From positions 9,256-73,255 of the forward strand of contig CAMCRD010000001.1 of the NCBI GenBank assembly GCA_945877185.1: 64,000 nucleotides of DNA. The letters are read 5' to 3'. Position numbers and translations under genes: made by a program. The first letter of the stretch is position 1. Each line of letters opens with the position of its first letter. Below are positions 17,246 through 26,377 of this stretch, piece after piece. Source of the stretch: Candidatus Finniella inopinata (GTDB taxonomy: Bacteria; Pseudomonadota; Alphaproteobacteria; Paracaedibacterales; VGCI01). The notes under the pieces are model-generated. The model saw only the letters and a list, made by a program, of their open reading frames with translations. It made no database searches and was not told where the DNA came from.

Positions 17246-18262
17246 ATGAATTTTCACGGACACGGACAATTCCCAAACACCCGTCTGCGCCGCCTTCGCA
17301 CACATCCCTGGTTACGGGAGATGGTCCAAGAAACCCGTCTCCACCCGTCTGATCTTATATTACCCCTTTTTATTCGCACTCCTGAAGGACCTGCGGAAAT
17401 TCCCAGCATGCCCGGCGTGCGGCGTTGGACCATAGAGGAATTACCCCAAATCATTGAGCAGATACTTGCCGTTCATATTCCCGCTGTGGGTCTCTTTCCC
17501 CTGACACCACAAGCCCTTAAAACGCCGGATGGCAAAGAAGCTTTCAATCCTGAAAACCTTATTTGCCAAGCCATTCGAACCATTAAAGAAATGGCCCCAC
17601 AACTGGGTATTATTGCCGACGTTGCCTTAGATCCCTACACGACCCATGGACACGATGGCGTGTGGAATGGAACGTACGTTGATAATGACTTAAGCTTAGA
17701 CCTCTTAAGCAAACAAGCGGTCATACAAGCCGAGGCAGGCGCAGATATCCTCGCCCCTTCTGATATGATGGACGGTCGTATTGCTGCTATCCGTCAAGCC
17801 CTCGATGGGGCAAATTTTGAAGATAGGGCTATTATGAGTTATGCAGCCAAGTATGCCTCATTTTTTTATGGTCCCTGGAGAGAGGCCGTAGGCGTCGCAA
17901 AGCTTCCCGGACAAGATGGCCGCCCTGTTGGAGATAAAAAAACCTATCAAATGAACCCCGCCAACGCGGAAGAAGCATTAAGAGAAGTCGCGCTTGATTT
18001 ACAAGAAGGGGCAGATATGGTCATGATTAAGCCAGGCCTTCCCTATTTAGATATTATCTCTCGTGTACACCAAACATTCTTGGTTCCCACTTTTGCCTTC
18101 CAGGTCAGCGGCGAGTATAGCATGATTAAAGTAGCCGCCGCCCAAGGATGGATGAATGAACAAGCTGTGATGGAAGAAACCCTTATCAGCCTAAAACGGG
18201 CCGGGGCCACCGGGATTTTTACTTATGCAGCCTTAGAGGTTGCAAGGCAACTGAATAAGTAA
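17246..18262 (+). CDS. hemB: porphobilinogen synthase (delta-aminolevulinate dehydratase)
   Basis: N-terminal RLRRLRTHPWLREMVQET, PSDMMDGRI, MIKPGLPYLDI, and QVSGEYSMIK. Confidence 0.9.
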   Translation: MNFHGHGQFPNTRLRRLRTHPWLREMVQETRLHPSDLILPLFIRTPEGPAEIPSMPGVRRWTIEELPQIIEQILAVHIPAVGLFPLTPQALKTPDGKEAFNPENLICQAIRTIKEMAPQLGIIADVALDPYTTHGHDGVWNGTYVDNDLSLDLLSKQAVIQAEAGADILAPSDMMDGRIAAIRQALDGANFEDRAIMSYAAKYASFFYGPWREAVGVAKLPGQDGRPVGDKKTYQMNPANAEEALREVALDLQEGADMVMIKPGLPYLDIISRVHQTFLVPTFAFQVSGEYSMIKVAAAQGWMNEQAVMEETLISLKRAGATGIFTYAALEVARQLNK

Positions 18263-18270
18263 GGCAGAAC

Positions 18271-19401
18271 CTAATCCCCCAAAGAAATACCAAGACCCCT
18301 GGCGGTGCGAATCATCGTCCCTTTTGTATCCACTTCCTGGAACTGCTCAATGGCTTCCATAATCGGAACATCAACCACTTGACGGTTCTTCCAAGCCACC
18401 ATTCGATCAAACTTACCCTTCGCAATCAAATCCACCGCATGAACCCCAAAAGCAGACGCTAAAATACGATCTTGTGCGCACGGTTGCCCCCCGCGCTGAA
18501 CATGCCCCAAAACCATTGTGCGCATATCAGCACCTGTCACGGCAGAAATTTTATCCGCTAGATAATGACCAATACCCCCATATCGAACCCGGCTTCCTTC
18601 TTGTGAAAGCACAACCGGTTTTCCATTCTCCGTTTTAACGGCCTCTGCCACCACGATAAGGGCAAAGGTGCGCCCTAAATCCGCCAAAGAAGAAATCTTT
18701 TGGGTAATTTTGTCTAAAGAATACGGTATTTCGGGAATCAGGATAATATCTGCCCCACCTGCAATCCCTGCGCTCAAAGCAATATGACCGGCGTCGCGTC
18801 CCATGACCTCTAAAATCATCACACGCTGGTGGCTTGCAGCCGTCGGCTGAAGCCTGTCCAAAGCTTCGGTCGCTACTTCAACAGCTGTAGGATAGCCTAT
18901 GGCGCTTTCCGTATGGCCGAGGTCATTATCAATCGTCTTGGGAATGGTCACAAGATTCAAACCACCTTGTTGCGCCAGGTGCCGCAAAATGCGCATACTG
19001 CCATCTCCCCCAATGCCGATGAGAGCATCCAGGCCGAGTTCTCGATATCCCGCGATAAAATCCACAGAGCGATCTGTGCGTTCGCCTTGCGCATCGGGGA
19101 AATTAAATGGATCCGTTTTATTCGTACTGCCCAGCATGGTGCCACCGCTGCGCATCATCATGCTATTGCAAGACTCCAAAGTGAGCTCTTCATAATCAAG
19201 GGGCCGCACAATAAGCCCTGTCGTCCCGTTATGAATCCCCATGACATGCCAGCCATACGTTTGAATTGCCCGATAAGTAATGGCGCGAATCGCAGCATTC
19301 AAGCCTGCGCAATCCCCCCCACTTGTGAGAACACCAATTTTTTTAACCAAGGTCTTTTCTCCTGAATCGCTCATAACGCTGTAACTTACCACTCTTTTCA
19401 T
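18271..19401 (-). CDS. pfkA: 6-phosphofructokinase
   Basis: IGVLTSGGDCAGLNAAIR, GIGGDGS, PKTIDNDL, and MGRDAGHIAL. The start is uncertain. The GTG at 19452 would overlap anmK by 29 nt, so the ATGs at 19401 or 19374 are more plausible. Confidence 0.8.
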   Translation of the reverse strand: MKRVVSYSVMSDSGEKTLVKKIGVLTSGGDCAGLNAAIRAITYRAIQTYGWHVMGIHNGTTGLIVRPLDYEELTLESCNSMMMRSGGTMLGSTNKTDPFNFPDAQGERTDRSVDFIAGYRELGLDALIGIGGDGSMRILRHLAQQGGLNLVTIPKTIDNDLGHTESAIGYPTAVEVATEALDRLQPTAASHQRVMILEVMGRDAGHIALSAGIAGGADIILIPEIPYSLDKITQKISSLADLGRTFALIVVAEAVKTENGKPVVLSQEGSRVRYGGIGHYLADKISAVTGADMRTMVLGHVQRGGQPCAQDRILASAFGVHAVDLIAKGKFDRMVAWKNRQVVDVPIMEAIEQFQEVDTKGTMIRTARGLGISLGD

Positions 19402-19423
19402 AAGCGTGTTAAGCTTGAAATTT

Positions 19424-20485
19424 TCAAAAACTAGAGGCCCGTTTCCCCCCACTTACAGGGTGCGTAACCCCTGTTGTTGTTGGAAAGCTCGTCGGCAAAC
19501 CTGCCTTTACCCGCGCCGCCAAATAGGCAAACGCATACGCCTCCAATAAATCTCCATTCCAATTAAGAGCTTCAACAGGCTCAACAGGGCACGGAGCCAG
19601 TTGAACCAAACGGTGCATAAGATACTGATTTCGACGCCCGCCACCGGCTACATAAATTTTATGGGGTTTTGTCGGCATTTGACCCAAGGCGACCATCATG
19701 GCCCTTGGGGTTAATTCCACGAGTGTTGCCGCTCCATCACCGACCGATAATCCCTCTATATCCTTTAAGCAAGTTGCAAAGTCATTGCGATCCAGGGATT
19801 TAGGGGCAGACTTTGCAAAATAAGGATGGGTCAACCAACGCTTAACAATTCCCTCATCAACCTTCCCTTGCGCCGCTAATTGACCATCAGTGTCATAAAG
19901 CTGTCCTGTCTTTTTTAAAACCCAATCATCGAGCAAGGCGCCGCCCGGCCCTGTATCACAGGCTATAAGGGGTTGCCCTTTTTGAATCCAGGTGATATTG
20001 GCAACACCCCCAATATTGACAATTACAACGGGGTATTCTTCTTCTACCATCGCTTGATGGAAAATAGGCACCAGCGGGGCCCCTTGACCGCCATGGGCCA
20101 CATCTTCAGAACGAAAATCATAAATAACTTCCACGCCCACATCCCGTGCCAAAAGCTCCCCATTCCCAATCTGTCGAGTTTCGGGGGGCGCATGAAAGAT
20201 CGTGTGGCCATGAAATCCGATGAGCCCTACTGCCTGAAACCCTTGCGCTTGTTTGACCACTTCTCCATGAAAAAGGGTAAGCTCATGTTCAACGGCCTGA
20301 ACCTCTGAGGTCATATCTTTTTGCCCAAGGATGGTCCTCATCTTTTCTCGTAAAAGTTCTGGGTAGGGAACTGTAATCCCCCCCCCAACCTCCATAATTT
20401 TTTGGCCATCCGTGAGCAACCAAGCAGCATCGACACCATCAAGGGACGTGCCGCTCATTAATCCTAACGACCAAATCGGTTCCAT
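19424..20485 (-). CDS. anmK: anhydro-N-acetylmuramic acid kinase
   Basis: GLMSGTSLDGVDAA near the N-terminus, NIGGVANIT, and ~350 aa. Confidence 0.85.
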   Translation of the reverse strand: MEPIWSLGLMSGTSLDGVDAAWLLTDGQKIMEVGGGITVPYPELLREKMRTILGQKDMTSEVQAVEHELTLFHGEVVKQAQGFQAVGLIGFHGHTIFHAPPETRQIGNGELLARDVGVEVIYDFRSEDVAHGGQGAPLVPIFHQAMVEEEYPVVIVNIGGVANITWIQKGQPLIACDTGPGGALLDDWVLKKTGQLYDTDGQLAAQGKVDEGIVKRWLTHPYFAKSAPKSLDRNDFATCLKDIEGLSVGDGAATLVELTPRAMMVALGQMPTKPHKIYVAGGGRRNQYLMHRLVQLAPCPVEPVEALNWNGDLLEAYAFAYLAARVKAGLPTSFPTTTGVTHPVSGGKRASSF

Positions 20486-20541
20486 TTTGCCAATTACCCT
20501 TAAATGTGATACACCATTAATAACATACTGACGAAAGACCC

Positions 20542-21798
20542 ATGATGAAATCAGAATTTTTACACATTATACAATCCCGCGGTTTTTTTCATCAAGCGAC
20601 CGATGTGGAGGCCCTTGATGCCTTGATGGCTTCTCAAGCAACTACAGGGTACATCGGCTTTGATATGACAGCCGACAGCTTGCATGTGGGAAGTTTAGTC
20701 CAAATTATGATGTTACGCTGGCTACAGAAGACAGGCCATCACCCCATTATTTTGCTCGGTGGGGGGACGAGTAAGGTCGGAGACCCCTCTTTTAAGGATA
20801 CAGCACGACAGCTCTTGGACGATACGGCCATTCAGACAAATATGAGCGGTATCCGAAAATCCTTCGCCCCCTTTGTTGATATGGATCACGCGATCATGGT
20901 CAACAATGATGACTGGTTAAATGACATCAACTACCTCGATTTTCTTCGGGATTATGGCCGTCATTTCTCTGTTAATCGCATGCTGGCCTTTGACAGCGTT
21001 AAGTTGCGCCTGGATCGGGAACAAACTTTAAGCTTCCTCGAATTCAACTATATGATCTTGCAAGCCTATGATTTTCTTGAATTATACCGTCGCCATGGGT
21101 GCATCCTCCAGATGGGGGGCTCTGACCAATGGGGTAATATTGTGAATGGTGTGGAACTGACCCGCCGCGTCGTAGGAAAACCGGTATTTGGCTTGACTTC
21201 ACCCCTCATTACCACCTCAAGTGGGGTAAAGATGGGCAAAACGGCAAATGGCGCTGTTTGGCTCAATGGGGATCGCCTCCCCGCTTATGATTACTGGCAA
21301 TTCTGGCGTAACACCGAAGATGCGGATGTAGGGCGTTATTTACGCTTATTTACCGAAATGCCTTTAAGTGAGATTGCAAAACTTGAAGCCCTCCAAGGCG
21401 CGGAAATTAACGAAGCAAAGAAAATTTTGGCAGATCAGGCAACGGCCCTGGCCCATGGTCCTAATTGCCTGATCAATATCCATAACACCGTTGCCCAGCT
21501 CTTCGAACATCAAGTAGGCTCCCTGGATAGCCTTCTTTCCATCGATATATCCATGGCGGATATCGAAGCCGGGATTTTGCTGATTGACCTTCTTTGTCAA
21601 GCAGGATTAACGGCGAGCAAGGGAGAAGCGCGACGATTGATCCAAGGCCACGGAACCCGCGTGAATGATCACCCCGTTTTGGATGAATCCCAAAGAATTA
21701 CCCCAGACTTAATCCATGAGGGAACGTTAAAATTATCCGCCGGTAAAAAGCGCCATGTCTTGGTAAAAGTCATTGAAATTTATGAAATTAATAGTTGA
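20542..21798 (+). CDS. tyrS: tyrosine--tRNA ligase
   Basis: [14 protein letters not shown] (HIGH-type), KMGKT (KMSKS-type), and a C-terminal S4-like domain. Confidence 0.95.
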   Translation: MMKSEFLHIIQSRGFFHQATDVEALDALMASQATTGYIGFDMTADSLHVGSLVQIMMLRWLQKTGHHPIILLGGGTSKVGDPSFKDTARQLLDDTAIQTNMSGIRKSFAPFVDMDHAIMVNNDDWLNDINYLDFLRDYGRHFSVNRMLAFDSVKLRLDREQTLSFLEFNYMILQAYDFLELYRRHGCILQMGGSDQWGNIVNGVELTRRVVGKPVFGLTSPLITTSSGVKMGKTANGAVWLNGDRLPAYDYWQFWRNTEDADVGRYLRLFTEMPLSEIAKLEALQGAEINEAKKILADQATALAHGPNCLINIHNTVAQLFEHQVGSLDSLLSIDISMADIEAGILLIDLLCQAGLTASKGEARRLIQGHGTRVNDHPVLDESQRITPDLIHEGTLKLSAGKKRHVLVKVIEIYEINS

Positions 21799-21813
21799 CC
21801 CAAGCATTTAAAA

Positions 21814-21842
21814 TAAAAAAACCCCTGAAAAGGGGTTTTTTA
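21814..21842. terminator. bidirectional rho-independent terminator between tyrS and ctrA
   Basis: aaaaaaa-acccct-gaaa-aggggt-tttttt is a perfect 6-bp GC-rich stem with a GAAA loop, an A-run upstream and a T-run downstream. It lies between convergent genes. Confidence 0.75.
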
Positions 21843-21860
21843 CAATTCATAAGTTAAAAC

Positions 21861-22637
21861 CTACCCAAAGCGTGGGGCTGGTTTTGCTATTTCTCTCTCC
21901 GGACCCTTTTTTGCCATAGAGCCCACAAGGGAGGCATGTTCAGTAGCGGCCTTTTCTTCTGGGGTCAACTCCCGCAAGACATACCCACGACCCCAAACTG
22001 TTTCAATGTAGTCTTCACCGGACAAGGCTTCTGCAAGTTTACGGCGCAATTTGCAAATAAACACATCAATAATCTTCAATTCAGGCTCGTCCATGCCACC
22101 ATAGAGGTGGTTTAAGAACATTTCTTTGGTAAGGGTTGTCCCTTTACGTAAAGAGAGAAGCTCAATAATAGCATATTCTTTACCTGTTAAATGAAGGGGC
22201 TTATTATCAACGCTCGCGGTGCGATGTTGCAAGTTCACGCTCAACCGGCCAGTGCGGATAATGGATTCAGAATGGCCGCGGGAGCGGCGGATAATGGCAT
22301 GAATGCGCGCCAACAATTCAGTCTTATTAAAAGGCTTCGTTAAATAATCGTCTGCCCCAAACCCAAGGCCACGGACCTTATCGTCAATTTCGGCTAACCC
22401 TGACAAAATCAGGATGGGAGTTTTGATGTGTGCGGCCCGCAAACGACGCAAGACTTCGTACCCATCCATATCCGGCAAGACAAGGTCAAGAACGATCAGA
22501 TCATATTCATAGAGCTTGCCAATTTCCAGGCCGTCTTCACCAAGGTCTGTTGTATCGCAAACGAAGCCTTCAGAACGAAGCATGCTTTGTAGTGTCTTTG
22601 CCGTTGCAGAATCATCTTCAATGAGTAGTACGCGCAT
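21861..22637 (-). CDS. ctrA: cell-cycle response regulator CtrA (OmpR family)
   Basis: [15 protein letters not shown].., [14 protein letters not shown], and the near-invariant CtrA block [64 protein letters not shown]. It carries a ~25-aa C-terminal extension. Confidence 0.9.
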   Translation of the reverse strand: MRVLLIEDDSATAKTLQSMLRSEGFVCDTTDLGEDGLEIGKLYEYDLIVLDLVLPDMDGYEVLRRLRAAHIKTPILILSGLAEIDDKVRGLGFGADDYLTKPFNKTELLARIHAIIRRSRGHSESIIRTGRLSVNLQHRTASVDNKPLHLTGKEYAIIELLSLRKGTTLTKEMFLNHLYGGMDEPELKIIDVFICKLRRKLAEALSGEDYIETVWGRGYVLRELTPEEKAATEHASLVGSMAKKGPEREIAKPAPRFG

Positions 22638-22959
22638 TACAAAACCTCCAAATAGTTGATCTGTTAAGTTGATCGTAACAAATAATTTTTAAGATAACTA
22701 ACAGAATATTTTTATTTTTTTCTAGATATTTTAACGATTTGTTTACAAATGTTGTGAGTCGACTTCTGGCGTCTCTTAATGATCAGCAATTAAGGAAAAC
22801 TTTTGCGACCACCCCCCTCCCGAACAAAAACCCTGAATATAATGAATTAGCTATTCCTTAATGATTTTAGGGATAAGCTTATTTTTAGTTAGAGCCATGA
22901 TGATTTTCAATAGAACTGGGGCCTTTTATAAAAGGTCTAAAGTAATAGGAAACTTTATT

Positions 22960-24099
22960 ATGGGTAAATATCCTGCCATTTTGGCCTTATTATCACTCGT
23001 CCTTGCTCAACCATCCTTGAGCAGTTCGACATTAAGCACAACAGGAACTACTCCTTCCCATACCCAATCCGAGAAAGATCTTTGGAAATCCCACTCAGAT
23101 CAAAAGAGTGAATTAAATCGAGATATTGTGTTATTTATCAATACCTTATTTCCCGATGAATCTGAGGTAAAAAAGCTTAATTTAGATGATAATACCCAAA
23201 AATTAGAAAAAGAACGACGCGATTTCTTAAAGCGACTCTTTATCATATTGGCTGAAGGACCTTTAAAGATGTCTAAGGAAAAAGTTCAAACAAAACAAGT
23301 TATGGGGACATGGGGTTACCCATTAGCAACAGCCTTGGGCCATGGGCAACGGATCCTTATAGAAGCAGAAGGGATAAGTGGGAAATCTCTCCTCAATTTG
23401 GTATTGACGGGAATCATGAAAGTTGAACCACCAGCCACGAAGCCTTCAGAAGCTTTTGATTTTAAAGCTAAAGTCGGGGATTCAAACATTGCAACCTATC
23501 GCAGGTTTGCCTCCCATGGCTTGGTCTTTAAAAATAATATTGTGGAAGAAACAAAGCTTGATGGACTGACCGGTAAATTACAAAATGCAGCGATTGGCAA
23601 TGCAGGAAGGCACATTGGCGTGAATATCACGTTTGGGGGGCTTGGGCATGAAGATATCGATGGCAATATAATTGGGCCTGGCGGAACAACATGGGAGAAA
23701 TCAAAACCCCTCCCGAAAAGACAACATGGCCATGTCTATCTTCAATATTTAGATTATGGAAATAATCGGAGTACTCTTATGTTTGGATTAGAATCCAATG
23801 AACCGTTAACAGAAAATATGTTTGGTGTTAAGCATAACGCAAAAAGTGGAACTAAAGTCGCCTCAGAAGGCATATCCGTCACCGGTGGGCAGAAGATGCA
23901 AGTTTTCTTAGGCAAAGAAGCACCGGCTGAATATGGGGGCATGCGTGTTCATTTGGATTCTGGACAAGTGAAAGAACTCGAGTCCTTGTTTCAAAATATC
24001 CTAGCCATGGATGAGACAAAACAAAAGGAATTATTTGAAAAAATCTTAAAGGGAACAGGGCCAGAAGCTCATGCCACCCTTCCAAAATTAAATGGTTAG
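22960..24099 (+). CDS. secreted hypothetical protein (AT-rich accessory gene)
   Basis: The ATG at 22960 is preceded by aggaaac and gives MGKYPAILALLSLVLAQPSLSSS (signal peptide). No recognisable family. A Gly/His-rich central block (FGGLGHEDIDGNIIGPGG…QHGHVYLQYLDYGNN) is present. The upstream 33 codons in the ORF track are rejected. Confidence 0.65.
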   Translation: MGKYPAILALLSLVLAQPSLSSSTLSTTGTTPSHTQSEKDLWKSHSDQKSELNRDIVLFINTLFPDESEVKKLNLDDNTQKLEKERRDFLKRLFIILAEGPLKMSKEKVQTKQVMGTWGYPLATALGHGQRILIEAEGISGKSLLNLVLTGIMKVEPPATKPSEAFDFKAKVGDSNIATYRRFASHGLVFKNNIVEETKLDGLTGKLQNAAIGNAGRHIGVNITFGGLGHEDIDGNIIGPGGTTWEKSKPLPKRQHGHVYLQYLDYGNNRSTLMFGLESNEPLTENMFGVKHNAKSGTKVASEGISVTGGQKMQVFLGKEAPAEYGGMRVHLDSGQVKELESLFQNILAMDETKQKELFEKILKGTGPEAHATLPKLNG

Positions 24100-24145
24100 A
24101 GCTTGTCTGGTAAAACGGCCTCTTCTGTGACTTATTGAAAAAACA

Positions 24146-24267
24146 CCTCAATCCAAATCTGCCAAAAGGGTCGCATTACCTCCAGCGGCAGTTGTATCTT
24201 GGCTGAAGGTTCGCTCCACCATAAAACGGGCAAGATAGTTGGGGCCACCAGCTTTCGGGCCTGTTCC
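24146..24267. repeat. direct repeat, left copy (orphan duplicate of the putA 3' end)
   Basis: These 122 bp align without gaps to 27302..27423, with about six mismatches and the same orientation. Confidence 0.9.
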
Positions 24268-24306
24268 CCCTGGCTGAACCAACTCGGTTATATTACTCCT
24301 CTTCAT
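24148..24306 (-). pseudogene. orphan putA 3'-terminal fragment (52-codon ORF)
   Basis: The minus-strand translation is MKRSNITELVQPGGTGPKAGGPNYLARFMVERTFSQDTTAAGGNATLLADLD*. Its last ~40 residues match the PutA C-terminus ..GTGPKAGGPNYLVRFMVERTFSQDTTAAGGNATLLADLD*. Confidence 0.75.
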
Positions 24307-24377
24307 AGCGTATCATCCTTTCTTTATTGAGGGTTATGGCAGTTCGTCACTGCCACGATACGCTGCTTTATCTTCCA

Positions 24378-25721
24378 TCACCAAATATCTCCTGGGATGC
24401 AGGACATATCCACACTCAAATTTTCTTTTCTTGATTCAAAATAAGCAAGTGCCTCATCGAATTTATGACGTTTTTTCACAGGTAATTCAGTGTCATTAAA
24501 ATTATTAGAATTATTTATTCCAGTGTGATCTTTATAGTAAATACTTAATTTTTCAAGCGTAGTGTTGTTTTTTAGATGTTTGTGAAATGCTATCGCTGCA
24601 TCGATTACATTTAATCTATTGTGGCACTGTACACTAATAGAGCGGAGGGTTTTATTTTCTTTTAAGCATTTTGCTATATTTTTTGACGCTATTTTATGGC
24701 TACAAAGTGGATTTTCTAACGTTAAAGAAGTTATACAATTATTTTTCTCCAAACCTCTTCCTAATTCGCCGTAAACATGAACAACTCCAAGCTGATCATA
24801 CTCCGTATCCTCTCGCACCAGAACTGATTCAAATACATTGTTTATTTTAATCATCTTTCTTAAATAAGAAAATTTATTAGGATCATTCCCCATAGTTTGA
24901 AGCTCAAAAATTAATTTTATTTTTTTAGATTTTATTTCGTTTAATCTTTTATATTGTTTCAATTTATCATAACTATCCCAAATACCAATTGTTATACATT
25001 CAAGGTTTGGAAGTTTATTAATATAATATATTTCATCATTATTGATTTTTTGTAAAACAAAATTGGTGATTTTAGAATTTAATATATTGCTAAAATGTTG
25101 GCAAACGCTACCCCATTCTCTAAACTCCGACTCACCACGATAAACTTGATCAAATATTTTATTCATAACATCGTATGGAATCATTCTAATATTACAATGA
25201 TTAACAGTTTTAATCATTTCTTCTGCTTTAAGATGCCCCTCTTGAATTGCTTTTTGATAATATTCCATAGCAGTGGGTATCCAATCTCCCCCTTTTTTTT
25301 GGTAGATGGCGCCTAATTTAAAGTACGCCTCGGGCAATCCGATTGTACCAAAAACGACGTTAATATTGCTTATAGCTCCAGCATGTCCTTGGTTCGCAGC
25401 TAGATCATACCATTTGAGCGCTTTAGAGAAGTTCTGCTGGACTCCGTATCCATTTCCATACGCAGCACCAATAGTATTTTGTGCATCTGCATTTCCATCA
25501 TAAGCGCTGTCTTTGGTATCGTTAAACCATTTTTGAAACTCTACATTTTCTGCTGGTTCTGTTGTGTCAATTCTTTGGCGTTTCTCTAGCCTGTCATCTT
25601 GACTTGGGGACCCTGGGCGTTTCAGAGGGTTATGGTTGTTTGTTTCGTCTTCCGCCCCATGACAAGGGAGGAGTAAAATAGAACACAAAAGTGCCGTTAC
25701 TGTACTTCTTATCGTCATCAT
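24378..25721 (-). CDS. eukaryote-like repeat protein: signal peptide, Sel1 repeats, F-box-like motif, RNI-type leucine-rich repeats
   Basis: Signal-like MMTIRSTVTALLCSILLLPCHGA. Sel1 pattern DGNADAQNTIGAAYGNGYGVQQNFSKALKWYDLAANQGHAGA. F-box-like IPYDVMNKIFDQV….WGSVCQHFSNIL. LRR-like NNCITSLTLEN…LKENKTLRSISVQ…LKNNTTLEKLSIYY. Strongly AT-rich. The Sel1 call is firm, while the F-box and LRR calls are pattern-based. Confidence 0.7.
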   Translation of the reverse strand: MMTIRSTVTALLCSILLLPCHGAEDETNNHNPLKRPGSPSQDDRLEKRQRIDTTEPAENVEFQKWFNDTKDSAYDGNADAQNTIGAAYGNGYGVQQNFSKALKWYDLAANQGHAGAISNINVVFGTIGLPEAYFKLGAIYQKKGGDWIPTAMEYYQKAIQEGHLKAEEMIKTVNHCNIRMIPYDVMNKIFDQVYRGESEFREWGSVCQHFSNILNSKITNFVLQKINNDEIYYINKLPNLECITIGIWDSYDKLKQYKRLNEIKSKKIKLIFELQTMGNDPNKFSYLRKMIKINNVFESVLVREDTEYDQLGVVHVYGELGRGLEKNNCITSLTLENPLCSHKIASKNIAKCLKENKTLRSISVQCHNRLNVIDAAIAFHKHLKNNTTLEKLSIYYKDHTGINNSNNFNDTELPVKKRHKFDEALAYFESRKENLSVDMSCIPGDIW

Positions 25722-26152
25722 TAATCTCCAATTTTAAATTTATAGTGTTCTTTAATTTTAATTAGGTTTTTGCAACAGAGCCGTTGAAAAATCCAAATCT
25801 ATTTAGATGTGATTTGTGGTTTGTTTTTGCGTTTATTCCTGGGTTTTATTTCGAAATCTTTCAATGGCTACTTCATTGTTTGAAGCTGCAATACTTCACC
25901 TAAACTCTTTATTGATCAGGTAAATACTTCTATCAGTATTAAACTTAATTATTCAAACCACTAATTTGATATATAAAACCGCGGAACGCAATACGGTAAG
26001 AATACCCCATTGGCCCTGTTTTAGGATCGACATTCATTTTAAAGGAAGTACAAACTTTCGAATAATAAAAACAAAAAAACTTAATTTAAAGAACAGAAGA
26101 AAAATAGAGTAATAAATAAAGAAATTGGAGGCTAAGTAGAAAAAATGGTTGA

Positions 26153-26284
26153 TATTACACGGCGTCCTTATTTTTCCTATGGCCATGCCGTACTGTTGAG
26201 CGCTACCTCAACGACATAAAAGGAAAGTTTGACGCGAAAAACCGCGCTCATCTTATCTCGACGCTCCTAAAACACATTCAATAG
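26153..26284 (+). pseudogene. remnant of a LuxR/GerE-type HTH regulator (3' end only)
   Basis: A stop-to-stop frame reads YYTASLFFLWPCRTVERYLNDIKGKFDAKNRAHLISTLLKHIQ*. The RTVE.YL..I..K....NR..L pattern is the recognition helix and C-terminus of GerE-type HTH domains. It has no start codon and no N-terminal domain. Confidence 0.45.
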
Positions 26285-26377
26285 AGTATTTTTACCCCCC
26301 TATACAAAGCCATTAGGGAGAGCTATATAAAATGAGATCATTGAGTAAAATAACTTAACATAAAAGCGAGAGAAGTC

